A DNA stretch of 36,128 nt from positions 1-36,128 of the forward strand of contig CAZIGO010000001.1 of the NCBI GenBank assembly GCA_964538595.1, read 5' to 3'. The notes under the pieces are model-generated. The model was not told the origin of the DNA. It saw only the letters and a program-made list of their open reading frames with translations, and ran no database searches. Shown here piece by piece: positions 1-8,856 of the stretch; position 1 is the stretch's first letter, and every line of letters begins with the position of its first letter. Source of the stretch: an uncultured Chitinophagales bacterium (lineage in GTDB: Bacteria; Bacteroidota; Bacteroidia; Chitinophagales; CAZIGO01). The position numbers and the translations under genes were made by a program.

Positions 1-368
1 ACAATGAAGGCGAAGAGTTCTTTTATATGTTGGAAGGGGACATGACATTGAAAGTAGTAGATGAGGGCGAGTTCAAGGACATAAACATTAAAGAAGGCGA
101 AATATTTTTACTGCCTCCCAAAGTTCTACACTCTCCGCAACGGCCGGCCAATACCGTTGGATTGGTGATGGAGAAAAAACGAGAAGAAGGACAGCAAGAC
201 GGGTTTATATGGTTTTGTGATAATTGTGAAGAGAAATTGTATGAAGAATACACACATGTTTCCAATATTGAAAAAGATTTACCCCCTATTATGAATGGGT
301 TTTGGAACTCCGACGAAAAGCGTACCTGCGATAATTGCGGAGCCAAATTGGAGCCGGCACAAGATTGA
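1..368 (+). CDS. 3-hydroxyanthranilate 3,4-dioxygenase (HAAO), C-terminal ~120 aa; the 5' end lies outside the window (codon phase begins at nt 3)
   Basis: The frame of track ORF 27..368 stays open back to nt 3 (NEGEEFFYMLEGDM...). The cupin core GEIFLLPPKVLHSPQRPANTVGLVME and two C-terminal CDNC pairs (WFCDNCEEK, RTCDNCGAK) fit bacterial HAAO, including its rubredoxin-like Cys4 site. Stop TGA at 366-368. Confidence 0.85.
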   Translation, partial: NEGEEFFYMLEGDMTLKVVDEGEFKDINIKEGEIFLLPPKVLHSPQRPANTVGLVMEKKREEGQQDGFIWFCDNCEEKLYEEYTHVSNIEKDLPPIMNGFWNSDEKRTCDNCGAKLEPAQD

Positions 369-539
369 TTATCATTACTCAAAAGGGAGCATAACATATT
401 CCCTACATGCAAACACGGGTTTATCTCCCCCCATTTTAAAGAAGTTGTATACATTTCCTAAAGGAAGGCTCTATATCCCTCCCCATAAACAATTCAACTA
501 TTAAATAATTGTCAAGTTTCTTCCATTACGGTTTTTTGT

Positions 540-547
540 TATTTTTG
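540..547 (+). promoter_or_regulatory. Candidate Bacteroidota-type -7 promoter box TATTTTTG
   Basis: Matches the TAnnTTTG -7 consensus of Bacteroidota primary-sigma promoters. It lies only 7 nt before ATG 555, so it implies a very short leader or is coincidental. Confidence 0.25.
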
Positions 548-554
548 CGCTCTG

Positions 555-2804
555 ATGCGTACACTCTTCCAGTACAAATCGTATATAATTTTATTTTTTG
601 GACTATGGGTGACTATTTCCGCTTATTACACCTTCCAGCTTGATTTTCATCATGAGATAGAGGCGTTCTACCCCAATAATGATCCTGACCTGAAATTTTT
701 AGAGAAGTTTCAGAAAAAGGTAGAACCCGATGATATTTACTACCTCGTAGGTCTATACCGACAGCAAGGGATATTCGACTCCACCTTACTAAACAAAGCC
801 CATCAGTTTACGTTAGATTGTCGCTCTATCTCTAATATTACCGATGCGCAATCCCTCACCACCTTACAAGAACCTATTCAAACTCCAATGGGATTATTAC
901 AGCATCGAGTTCTTCACTTCAATCAACCTAACCGATACAAAAAGGACAGTGCTGCCATCGTAACCGATCCTCGCTGGCGTAATCGCATGATCGACCCCGA
1001 AGGCCAGATGCTAATAATCACCCTGAAAACGACTCGTGATCTTTCTCAGAAAGAAGCCGAACAGTTAGACAAAGCAGTGCACGATCTGATCCAGGATTAT
1101 AATTTCAAGCAATACCATATAGTAGGGAAACCTAATGTGCAAAATGTGTTCGTTCAAAAGATTGAGTCTGAACTAAAATTTTTCGTTATTGCTGGAATTA
1201 TCATGCTAATCATCATCTTAGCTATCATTTTTCGAACCACCTGGGGAGTTATCATCCCCACTATTTCTGTACTGAGTGGATTAGTTATATTCTTTGGCCT
1301 ATTGGGTATGAGCGGATATTCATTAACCTTATTAAGTACAATGTACCCTACTTTATTACTCATTGTTGGAATGTCCGATGTTATTCACATCATGAACAAA
1401 TATATTGAAGAGATGCAGTTCGGTAAATCACGAGAAACAGCAATGTATATTGCAATTAAAGAAATTGGTTGGGCTACACTCCTCACTTCCTTCACTACCG
1501 CTGTCGGTTTTTGTGCATTAATAACCTCAAAAATACAGCCTATCCGGGAGTTCGGATTAATAGCTGCTGGTGCCGTACTGCTCATCTATGGAGTTGTGTT
1601 GCTTTTTACCACTTCCTTATTATTATATTTCAACGAGGATCAATTAGTAGCCGGTTCTGTTCGTAAACACCTAAAAAAGACCGTACTGGCCCGCGTATAC
1701 TTTATGGTCCAACATTATCCCCGTACCATTTTGAGCATTGCTTTTACCTTATTGATAATAGCACTAATCGGCATTCAACGCATAAATACCAATGTCCACT
1801 TACTTACTGATATATCCCGTCAAAGTAAAGTATGGCAAGACTTTAGTTTTTTTGAGGAACAGATGGGAGGAGGCCGAACTTTTGAAATGGCTATTCTACC
1901 CAAAAACACCTATAGAGTAAACCATTTGTCCCTGCTAAGAACCACCGATTCTCTTATTCACTATTTAAAAAAACGAAAATACATAATGGGCATTAGCTCT
2001 CCCGTCATGTTATATAAAAGCTTAAACAAAACATTACACGGTGGACAACGAAGAGGGTATAGACTTCCTGCCGACTCTACGCAATGGATAGCCTGTACTC
2101 GTTTACTGGATAAAACTCCTCCCGACAAGCTAAAAGCCATTATGAGTACTGACCGGAGAGTAGGTCGTATATCAGCCCGGATGAAGGATGTCGGTTCTAA
2201 TGAAGTTCAAAAGATAAATAAAGAAATTACCCATTGGATACATAAAAACTTAGACACTTCTCGCGTCCAATTTCGACATACCGGCACTTCATTAGTTATT
2301 GATAACAATAACAAATATCTGCGTGAAAGTCTGTTTAGCGGACTAATTTTTGCTTTCCTGGTCATTGGAGCCGCCTTGGGTTTTTTATTCCGGGATATAA
2401 AACTAGTGTTAATTTCCTATCTCCCAAATTTACTTCCCCTTATTATAGTAGGAGGGGTTATGGGATGGCTCGGAATTACCTTCAAAGCCTCTACTTCCAT
2501 CATATTTATGGTAGGTTATGGCATAGCTGTCGATGACACAATACACTATTTAGCTCGCCTCCAATTGGAACGGGGAAAGGGAATATCTCTAAAAAATGCC
2601 CTTTATCTGACCATGTTTGGTACAGGACAAGCCATTTTATTGACCAGTGTCATTCTGATCGCCGGGTTTCTTATCCTACTCACTTCCAATTTTATGACAA
2701 CTGTTTACGAAGGGCTCTTAATCAGTATCACCTTGTTAACCGCCCTGTTAGCCGATCTTTTCGTATTACCTATTTGTTTAGAATGGCTTTATCGAAAAAA
2801 ATAA
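555..2804 (+). CDS. RND-superfamily / MMPL-type membrane exporter
   Basis: 749 aa. Layout is an N-terminal TM helix, a ~170-aa soluble loop, a hydrophobic block (approx aa 205-365), a second soluble region, and a second hydrophobic block (approx aa 590-745). This is the duplicated 1+5 TM layout of MMPL/HpnN-like RND exporters. The call rests on topology and motif recollection only. Confidence 0.6.
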   Translation: MRTLFQYKSYIILFFGLWVTISAYYTFQLDFHHEIEAFYPNNDPDLKFLEKFQKKVEPDDIYYLVGLYRQQGIFDSTLLNKAHQFTLDCRSISNITDAQSLTTLQEPIQTPMGLLQHRVLHFNQPNRYKKDSAAIVTDPRWRNRMIDPEGQMLIITLKTTRDLSQKEAEQLDKAVHDLIQDYNFKQYHIVGKPNVQNVFVQKIESELKFFVIAGIIMLIIILAIIFRTTWGVIIPTISVLSGLVIFFGLLGMSGYSLTLLSTMYPTLLLIVGMSDVIHIMNKYIEEMQFGKSRETAMYIAIKEIGWATLLTSFTTAVGFCALITSKIQPIREFGLIAAGAVLLIYGVVLLFTTSLLLYFNEDQLVAGSVRKHLKKTVLARVYFMVQHYPRTILSIAFTLLIIALIGIQRINTNVHLLTDISRQSKVWQDFSFFEEQMGGGRTFEMAILPKNTYRVNHLSLLRTTDSLIHYLKKRKYIMGISSPVMLYKSLNKTLHGGQRRGYRLPADSTQWIACTRLLDKTPPDKLKAIMSTDRRVGRISARMKDVGSNEVQKINKEITHWIHKNLDTSRVQFRHTGTSLVIDNNNKYLRESLFSGLIFAFLVIGAALGFLFRDIKLVLISYLPNLLPLIIVGGVMGWLGITFKASTSIIFMVGYGIAVDDTIHYLARLQLERGKGISLKNALYLTMFGTGQAILLTSVILIAGFLILLTSNFMTTVYEGLLISITLLTALLADLFVLPICLEWLYRKK

Positions 2805-2811
2805 GTACTCT

Positions 2812-4536
2812 TTAAAACTCACTTATCTTTTTTTGAATAAAGTCGGCCAGCTCCTTTATATAATTTTCGGAGAAGTTAAATTGGATACCGGCCGTTTTAT
2901 AGATTTCAGGGATGGAACAAGTATACCCCAACCGTAGCGCTTTTATATAATTATGAAGAGCTTGTTGCTGATCTTTTTCATACTGTTGCCACATACCAAT
3001 GGCTCCCAATTGAGCAATACCATACTCGATATAATAGAACGGTACTTCAAACAAATGAAGCTGTCCTTGCCAGCGATGGTCAAAGGCTTCCGTTAAGCCG
3101 GACCAATCAATAGTATCAGGAGTAAACTCGCCAGCAATTGAGCGCCAAGCTTCAGTCCGTTCTTCCAGCGTATGTTCCGGATGTGTATAAAGCCAATGTT
3201 GAAATTTATCTATAGTAGCTATCCAGGGTAATACATGTAATACACGTTCTAATTCTTTAAACTGTGCTCGTTTCAAATCATTTTCATTGTCGAAAAACAC
3301 CTCCCAATGCTGCATTGTAAAAAGTTCCATTGACATAGAGGCCAGTTCAGCCACCTCAGCGGTAAGATCTTTAAAATCCAACAAACGTAAATGGTTGGTC
3401 AGAAAAGAGTGCACGGCATGACCTCCTTCATGCATCATTGTAATCACATCACTAACGGTCCCTGCTGCATTAGTAAATATAAAAGGAGCTCCTGTTTCAT
3501 AAAGCGGGTAATTAAACCCTCCCGGTGCCTTGTTTTGGCGGGTCTCTAAATCAAAATGGTCAAGGTCCTTCATCTGCTGTAAACACTGCCCAAATAAAGG
3601 ATGAACATTGTTAAAACAGGTAATGGATTTTTTGATCAATGTTGAAGTATCATCAAAAGGGCGTAAGGGAGGTTGACCGGTAGGGTCTACACTCAAATCC
3701 CAAGGCCGCAGTCGTTCTACTCCCAACTCCGCCCGACGTTTCTGTAAAAGTTGGTCTACTAACGGTAATATCTGGTTTTTGACCGAAGCATGAAAGTCAA
3801 AACAGTCTTCTACTTCATAGTCAAATCGTTCCAAGGCATCAAACTTATAATCCCGATAATTATCGTAGTCGGCATTTTGTGCCATCTGATGACGTAAACT
3901 CAACAATTCATCAAATATACTGTTGAGATTGTCACTCTTAGCTAACCGGGTAGCTTGTACTTTCCGGTAAATTTTCTCCCGTTTGTCGCGATCTGTCGAT
4001 TGTAACTCTTTTTTTGCCTGGGGTAAAGTAAGTTGTTCACCCTCCCACTCAATAGTCATCTCTCCCATCACTTCTCCATATCGTTGTCTTTTTAAACTCT
4101 CCTCTGTCTTTAATTCTACATTCTCTTCGCGAAACAATTCCACCTGCCGCTTAATACGCTTCAACATAATATCATAAGCCGGTCCCTCTAATTGATCAAG
4201 CTGAGGCAGCTCCAATAATTTTTTATTCAGACGATGATCCATCTTTTGAATATGAGGCGCCACTTCACGCACAAACGTTTCATAATCTTCTTTATACGAC
4301 TCATTAGCCGTATCTCTGCTTTTATTGATATATTTCCACCCCGCCGCCTCACTCACAATTGTTTCTAACTCACTCCTATCCCGCAACCATTGATACAAGG
4401 CCTCTACCGTATTTACTTCCCTATCCAACAGATCTTGATAGTATGGTTGCACTGAAGGCCAGTCCTGAAGCTCAAAATCCTCCGGCACAAACCGGCGTTC
4501 CTGATCGGGTAGTTTTACCTCCGTCTGCGGTAGCAT
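2812..4536 (-). CDS. pepF: M3-family oligoendopeptidase (PepF-like zinc metallopeptidase)
   Basis: 574 aa with an HEXXH zinc motif (MMHEGGHAVH). Length and overall pattern are typical of M3B oligoendopeptidase F. Convergent with the exporter gene across a 7-nt gap. Confidence 0.85.
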   Translation of the reverse strand: MLPQTEVKLPDQERRFVPEDFELQDWPSVQPYYQDLLDREVNTVEALYQWLRDRSELETIVSEAAGWKYINKSRDTANESYKEDYETFVREVAPHIQKMDHRLNKKLLELPQLDQLEGPAYDIMLKRIKRQVELFREENVELKTEESLKRQRYGEVMGEMTIEWEGEQLTLPQAKKELQSTDRDKREKIYRKVQATRLAKSDNLNSIFDELLSLRHQMAQNADYDNYRDYKFDALERFDYEVEDCFDFHASVKNQILPLVDQLLQKRRAELGVERLRPWDLSVDPTGQPPLRPFDDTSTLIKKSITCFNNVHPLFGQCLQQMKDLDHFDLETRQNKAPGGFNYPLYETGAPFIFTNAAGTVSDVITMMHEGGHAVHSFLTNHLRLLDFKDLTAEVAELASMSMELFTMQHWEVFFDNENDLKRAQFKELERVLHVLPWIATIDKFQHWLYTHPEHTLEERTEAWRSIAGEFTPDTIDWSGLTEAFDHRWQGQLHLFEVPFYYIEYGIAQLGAIGMWQQYEKDQQQALHNYIKALRLGYTCSIPEIYKTAGIQFNFSENYIKELADFIQKKISEF

Positions 4537-4539
4537 AAA

Positions 4540-5055
4540 TTAAGATGTAGACTTTTTAGAAGAAGTAGATGATTGTTGTTGCTTCGTTTTCTTTTGTTGG
4601 GCTTGTTTTCCCTTGCCCTCCTTTTCTTCCTCTCCCTCTTCTTCTTTTTCAGTAGAAAGATCTTCTTCCGTCAGAAGCGATTGTTCACGCAGAATTTGGT
4701 ACCATTGAATAGCCTTTTTAATATCACTGGGATACACCTGGCTTTCATCGTGCTCAGGCACGACGGTCTCAAAATATTGGCGAAGCTCCTCTTCTTCGGC
4801 TTTAGGAGATCCCGGAAAGAGGTTCTCTTTCTCTTTTTTTAACATGCGCTTAAAAACTTCTGCCAATTCTATATCCTCTTCTTCCGTAGTATAGATTGTA
4901 ATATTTTCTAAAGGAACTAATCGATTAGCCACATTGCGAATAAACTTAATGTTATTGTTCTCTAAGGATTGTACAATAAACCCTTCTCCCGTTTGACTTT
5001 TCAAGCGATGTAAGCCCGGTAATCCAGAAACCGAAACAATTTCAGATAAATCCAT
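4540..5055 (-). CDS. DUF5606-family protein with an E/K/Q/S-rich C-terminal tail
   Basis: The N-terminus MDLSEIVSVSGLPGLHRLKSQTGEGFIVQSL and the motif VYPSDIKKAIQWYQIL match my recollection of the Bacteroidota-specific DUF5606 family. The last ~45 aa are low complexity (EKEEEGEEEKEGKGKQAQQKKTKQQQSSTSSKKSTS). It sits 3 nt upstream of pepF, so it is probably co-transcribed. Confidence 0.6.
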   Translation of the reverse strand: MDLSEIVSVSGLPGLHRLKSQTGEGFIVQSLENNNIKFIRNVANRLVPLENITIYTTEEEDIELAEVFKRMLKKEKENLFPGSPKAEEEELRQYFETVVPEHDESQVYPSDIKKAIQWYQILREQSLLTEEDLSTEKEEEGEEEKEGKGKQAQQKKTKQQQSSTSSKKSTS

Positions 5056-5079
5056 ATCAGTATGTGGGTTTTGTTAATC

Positions 5080-5087
5080 CAAAAATA
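5080..5087 (-). promoter_or_regulatory. Candidate -7 promoter box (TATTTTTG on the minus strand) for the DUF5606-pepF unit
   Basis: The plus strand reads CAAAAATA, which is TATTTTTG on the minus strand, 24 nt upstream of the ATG at 5055. A TTTG lies about 20 nt further upstream on the same strand, giving -33-like spacing. Confidence 0.4.
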
Positions 5088-5225
5088 CTGGATTTCCTAA
5101 AAAACGCCAAACGGGAAGTGCATTAAAACTTTTAAAAATAAACCCTTAAATTGAGTTTTTCCCTTCAAAATGGGTTGATTTACGAACGATGCTGTCGCAA
5201 TAAAAACTACACTTACGGAAACAAT

Positions 5226-7268
5226 ATGAATTTTAAACTAGTCTCTGATTTTGATCCTAAAGGTGATCAGCCAGAAGCAATAGAAGAGTTATCAGAAGGG
5301 ATTGAGCAAGGCGAGCCGGCCCAAACTTTATTGGGAGTAACAGGATCGGGAAAGACCTTTACGATGGCCAATGTAGTAGAACAAGTTCAAAAGCCCACAT
5401 TAGTATTAAGCCATAACAAAACATTGGTAGCACAACTCTATGGAGAATTCAAACAATTTTTCCCCGATAATGCCGTAGAATACTTTGTGTCCTATTACGA
5501 TTATTATCAGCCGGAAGCTTACTTACCCGTCAGCGATAAGTTTATTGAAAAAGACGCTTCTGTCAATGAAGAGATTGAAAAATTACGACTTAAAGCTACC
5601 TCGTCCCTTTTGTCGGGAAGAAAAGATGTACTGGTAGTTGCTTCAGTGTCCTGTATTTATGGAATCGGTAACCCGAAAGAGTTTAGGGAACATACCGTTA
5701 ACTTGAGTGTAGGGCAAGAGATACATCGCAATGTCCTACTCAAACATCTTGTCAATGCGCTTTATAACCGGGCCAATCAAGAATTTAAGCGGGGAACGTT
5801 CCGAGTAACCGGCGATACCGTGGAAGTATATCTCTCTTATGCCGATTACGGATATCGAATCATTTTCTTTGGCGATGAAATTGAAACGATCGAAGCCTTT
5901 AACCCAAAATCGGGTAAACGCATTGAAGAGCGTAAAGATATTGCTATCTATCCGGCTAATAACTATCTAGCTCCCAAAGACGAGTTTCGACAAATATTGG
6001 GTGAAATAGAGTATGAAAAAGAAGAGCAAATCGATTATTTCGAATCGGTGGGCAAATACGAAGAGGCCAAGCGACTGCAAGAGCGGGTTGACTTTGACCT
6101 GGAGATGATGCGCGAATTAGGATACTGTTCCGGTATTGAAAACTACTCCCGATTCTTAGATCGGCGCGATCCCGGCGAACGTCCTTTCTGCCTGCTGGAC
6201 TACTTCCCGGATGATTACCTTATGTTTGTCGATGAAAGCCATGTAACCATCCCGCAGGTACGAGGAATGTACGGAGGCGATCGGTCTCGCAAAGAAACGC
6301 TGGTAGAGCATGGTTTTCGCTTACCTTCGGCCCTCGACAACCGGCCGCTGAAATTCAATGAATTCGAAAAAATGATCAACCAAGTAGTATTTGTCAGTGC
6401 TACACCGTCGGATTACGAATTTGAACAAACCGATGGGGTTTTCGTCGACCAAGTAGTACGGCCGACCGGACTACTCGATCCTAAAATAGAAGTTCGACCC
6501 AGTGGCAATCAAGTGGACGATTTACTGGAAGAGATCAACCGGCGCATAGAAGCCGATGAGCGCGTATTAGTGACCACTCTTACCAAACGCATGGCCGAAG
6601 AGCTTACCAAATATTTGGCCAACCTTAACATAAAAGCCCGGTATATCCATGCCGAAGTGGAAACCTTAGAGCGTACTAAGCTACTGCGAGACCTACGATT
6701 AGGGAAATATGATGTATTAGTAGGCATTAACCTATTGCGAGAAGGACTCGACCTGCCCGAAGTATCGTTAGTAGCTATACTCGACGCTGACAAGGAAGGA
6801 TACTTACGATCCGAAACATCCCTTACCCAGGTATCAGGACGGGCTGCCCGAAACGTGAATGGCACAGTCATCATGTATGCGGATGAAATCACCGACTCCA
6901 TGCAACGGACAATTGAAGAAACAAACCGCCGTCGGGAGAAGCAAAAAGCTTATAACGAAAAACACGGGATTACCCCTACCCCCATCAAAAAATCTCCTGA
7001 CGAGGTAAAAGGTCAATCAGCAGTATTAGATATCCAAGGGGAGGAGGAACAAGACGAAGCAATGGAGTACGGCGAACAACAAACACCCAGCTTAGTGGCC
7101 GATCCGGTCGTCCCCTACATGAACAAGAAGCAAATGGAAGCCTCCATAAAAGACACAAAGAAAAAAATGAAGAAAGCGGCGCAAGAGGAAAAGTTTTTAG
7201 AAGCGGCCCGGTTACGAGACGAGATGTTTGCATTGCAACAAGCGTACCAGCAACGATTCGAAGAATAA
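5226..7268 (+). CDS. uvrB: Excinuclease ABC subunit B (UvrB)
   Basis: Walker A GVTGSGKT, DExH-type box VDESHVTIPQ, helicase motifs, and a C-terminal UVR domain (EEKFLEAARLRDEMFALQQ). The track ORF starts at TTG 5151. The canonical UvrB N-terminus MNFKLVSDFDPKGDQPEAI begins at ATG 5226, which I prefer. Confidence 0.97.
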   Translation: MNFKLVSDFDPKGDQPEAIEELSEGIEQGEPAQTLLGVTGSGKTFTMANVVEQVQKPTLVLSHNKTLVAQLYGEFKQFFPDNAVEYFVSYYDYYQPEAYLPVSDKFIEKDASVNEEIEKLRLKATSSLLSGRKDVLVVASVSCIYGIGNPKEFREHTVNLSVGQEIHRNVLLKHLVNALYNRANQEFKRGTFRVTGDTVEVYLSYADYGYRIIFFGDEIETIEAFNPKSGKRIEERKDIAIYPANNYLAPKDEFRQILGEIEYEKEEQIDYFESVGKYEEAKRLQERVDFDLEMMRELGYCSGIENYSRFLDRRDPGERPFCLLDYFPDDYLMFVDESHVTIPQVRGMYGGDRSRKETLVEHGFRLPSALDNRPLKFNEFEKMINQVVFVSATPSDYEFEQTDGVFVDQVVRPTGLLDPKIEVRPSGNQVDDLLEEINRRIEADERVLVTTLTKRMAEELTKYLANLNIKARYIHAEVETLERTKLLRDLRLGKYDVLVGINLLREGLDLPEVSLVAILDADKEGYLRSETSLTQVSGRAARNVNGTVIMYADEITDSMQRTIEETNRRREKQKAYNEKHGITPTPIKKSPDEVKGQSAVLDIQGEEEQDEAMEYGEQQTPSLVADPVVPYMNKKQMEASIKDTKKKMKKAAQEEKFLEAARLRDEMFALQQAYQQRFEE

Positions 7269-7321
7269 AATATTCAATAAAATTTTTGTATTTTATTTAG
7301 TCAGGATTGGCAAAAAATATT

Positions 7322-7329
7322 TATATTTG
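7322..7329 (+). promoter_or_regulatory. Candidate -7 promoter box TATATTTG
   Basis: Exact TAnnTTTG match 31 nt upstream of ATG 7360. I found no well-spaced -33 TTTG. Confidence 0.35.
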
Positions 7330-7359
7330 AGGCAATTACAAAATATAAACTCAGTAGTT

Positions 7360-7821
7360 ATGCGATATACCTTTTTACTAATCCTCTTATTTAGTGCCCC
7401 TGCTTTTCTCCAAGCCCAGCAATACTACAAAGAAGATGAAGAAGATATGGACTTTTATGATATGCCGGAAGAAGTCCAAGAGGCTTTTGAAGACTCCCAA
7501 TATGATGACCATGATGATTGGGACCGAGAAAGCGGTAAAAAAATCACAACAAAAAACGCCGGTAATTTATATATGATAGAAGTGGAAGAAGACGTAGAAG
7601 GGGGCTATGGATTAGTTGGTGAAGCTATGGAAGAAGCGGCCGAAGAAGAAGTTTATCTTTACTATGATAAATCCGGGCGATTAGTTAAAAAAATTGATGA
7701 AGAAGATGAAGAGGAAGAAAAAGCAGGGTTATTTAAGAATGTGGAAGAGGACGAGGAGGACGAAAAAAAGGATGAAGAGGAGAAGAATAAAGACAAAGAG
7801 GAAGATAAAGAAGAAAATTGA
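7360..7821 (+). CDS. Secreted, extremely acidic hypothetical protein (possibly a PepSY-like core flanked by D/E tracts)
   Basis: The track ORF begins at TTG 7228, but the internal ATG 7360 gives a clean signal peptide MRYTFLLILLFSAPAFLQAQ. The mature ~133 aa contain about 55 Asp/Glu by hand count. The central segment (NLYMIEVE...VYLYYDKSGRLVKK) resembles PepSY-like beta-hairpin repeats, which is a weak assignment. Confidence 0.5.
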   Translation: MRYTFLLILLFSAPAFLQAQQYYKEDEEDMDFYDMPEEVQEAFEDSQYDDHDDWDRESGKKITTKNAGNLYMIEVEEDVEGGYGLVGEAMEEAAEEEVYLYYDKSGRLVKKIDEEDEEEEKAGLFKNVEEDEEDEKKDEEEKNKDKEEDKEEN

Positions 7822-8142
7822 CCCCCCTTGCCCACATATTTGTTATATCCTCCTTATTTTGGGGCTTAAAATATAAAATGGGATAAATTTTTTATTATAA
7901 CCACCGTCTCCAAATTACCGTTTTTGGCAATACTTACCGACAAAACTGCGGCCATTTATCAACCCATTAGATAAGAAGTTATAATCTTAACTCTCCTGTT
8001 TGCTAATACTATTTATTACTTCTTATTTTAGGATATCGATTTTTGCCCCGATAAGCAACATCAATTCTTTCCAAGCGATTACTGAGGAACTCTTAAAAAT
8101 TACTTAAATTTAAATCCCGAGTTATCAAACGGGCTAATACAT

Positions 8143-8856
8143 ATGAAGTTTGGAGTAATTATATTTCCCGGTTCCAATTGTGATGAAGATATGATCTATG
8201 CCCTGCGAGGAAACATGGGGCAATCTGTGGAGTCTATTTGGCACAAAGAGGATAATATCGACCAATTTTCTACAGAAGATTGGCTGGTATTGCCCGGTGG
8301 ATTTTCTTACGGCGATTATCTACGTGCCGGTGCTATTGCACAATTTTCCCCTATCATGAAAGAAGTTATACGATTTGCAGAAGAAGGGGGACAAGTACTG
8401 GGTATCTGCAATGGTTTTCAAGTGCTATGCGAGGCCGGTTTATTGCCCGGCGCTTTACTTCCTAACGTTCAACAGACATTCAGCTGTAAAAACATCTATA
8501 TAAAACCCGAACAGACAAACTCGTCCCTCACCCGTCAGGTACCTTCGGAGACTCCCCTTACTATACCGATTGCTCACAGCGAGGGGTGCTATTATGCCCA
8601 AAAAGAAACATTACAACAAATGTATGATAATAATCAAATTCTCTATCGTTATTGTAACAAAGAAGGAGAGGTGGAAGAAAGTGCTAATCCCAATGGTTCT
8701 CTTGATAACATAGCCGGCATTTGTAACAAGGGAGGAAATGTATATGGTATGATGCCGCATCCCGAGCGAGCTGCTGACCCGGTACTCGGGAATACAGATG
8801 GGCGTCCCATTTTTGAATCAATGATAAACACTCATCAAAAAGCTGAGATATCATGA
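8143..8856 (+). CDS. purQ: Phosphoribosylformylglycinamidine synthase, glutaminase subunit PurQ
   Basis: MKFGVIIFPGSNCDEDM start, nucleophile Cys in LGICNGFQ, and catalytic His/Glu in MPHPER. The 237-aa length fits PurQ. Confidence 0.93.
   Translation: MKFGVIIFPGSNCDEDMIYALRGNMGQSVESIWHKEDNIDQFSTEDWLVLPGGFSYGDYLRAGAIAQFSPIMKEVIRFAEEGGQVLGICNGFQVLCEAGLLPGALLPNVQQTFSCKNIYIKPEQTNSSLTRQVPSETPLTIPIAHSEGCYYAQKETLQQMYDNNQILYRYCNKEGEVEESANPNGSLDNIAGICNKGGNVYGMMPHPERAADPVLGNTDGRPIFESMINTHQKAEIS

Noticed and set aside
23-504. ORFs 23..454 (-) and 295..504 (+) overlapping the HAAO gene
   Set aside because: They overlap a frame with clear HAAO motifs, and their own translations are low-information with no recognisable family.
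2805-2811. 7-nt gap between the convergent exporter and pepF genes, checked for a shared bidirectional terminator
   Set aside because: There is no room for a hairpin between the stops, and I saw no convincing stem extending into either coding end.
5151-5225. N-terminal extensions implied by track ORF starts for uvrB (TTG 5151), the acidic protein (TTG 7228), serS (TTG 12403) and kynU (TTG 25762)
   Set aside because: Downstream starts give canonical N-termini (MNFKLVSDF..., signal peptide MRYTFLLI..., MLDLHYL..., and STKFKKGREYA... for kynU). The extensions have non-protein-like sequence or overlap the preceding gene.
7394-7876. ORFs 7394..7576 and 7694..7876 (+), K/R-rich, overlapping the acidic-protein gene
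   Set aside because: They are frame-shifted readings of GAA/GAG/GAT repeats (AAG/AGA in the +1 frame). The signal-peptide-bearing frame is the plausible one.
7822-8142. The 320-nt gap upstream of purQ, examined for a purine or ZTP riboswitch or a tRNA
   Set aside because: I could not find the conserved purine-riboswitch junction or loop sequences, the ZTP GGGUCGUGAC/CCGCCUGGGCA-type elements, or a tRNA-like T-arm (GGTTCGAATCC-type). Only weak 4-5 bp hairpins are present. A covariance-model scan would be needed to be sure.
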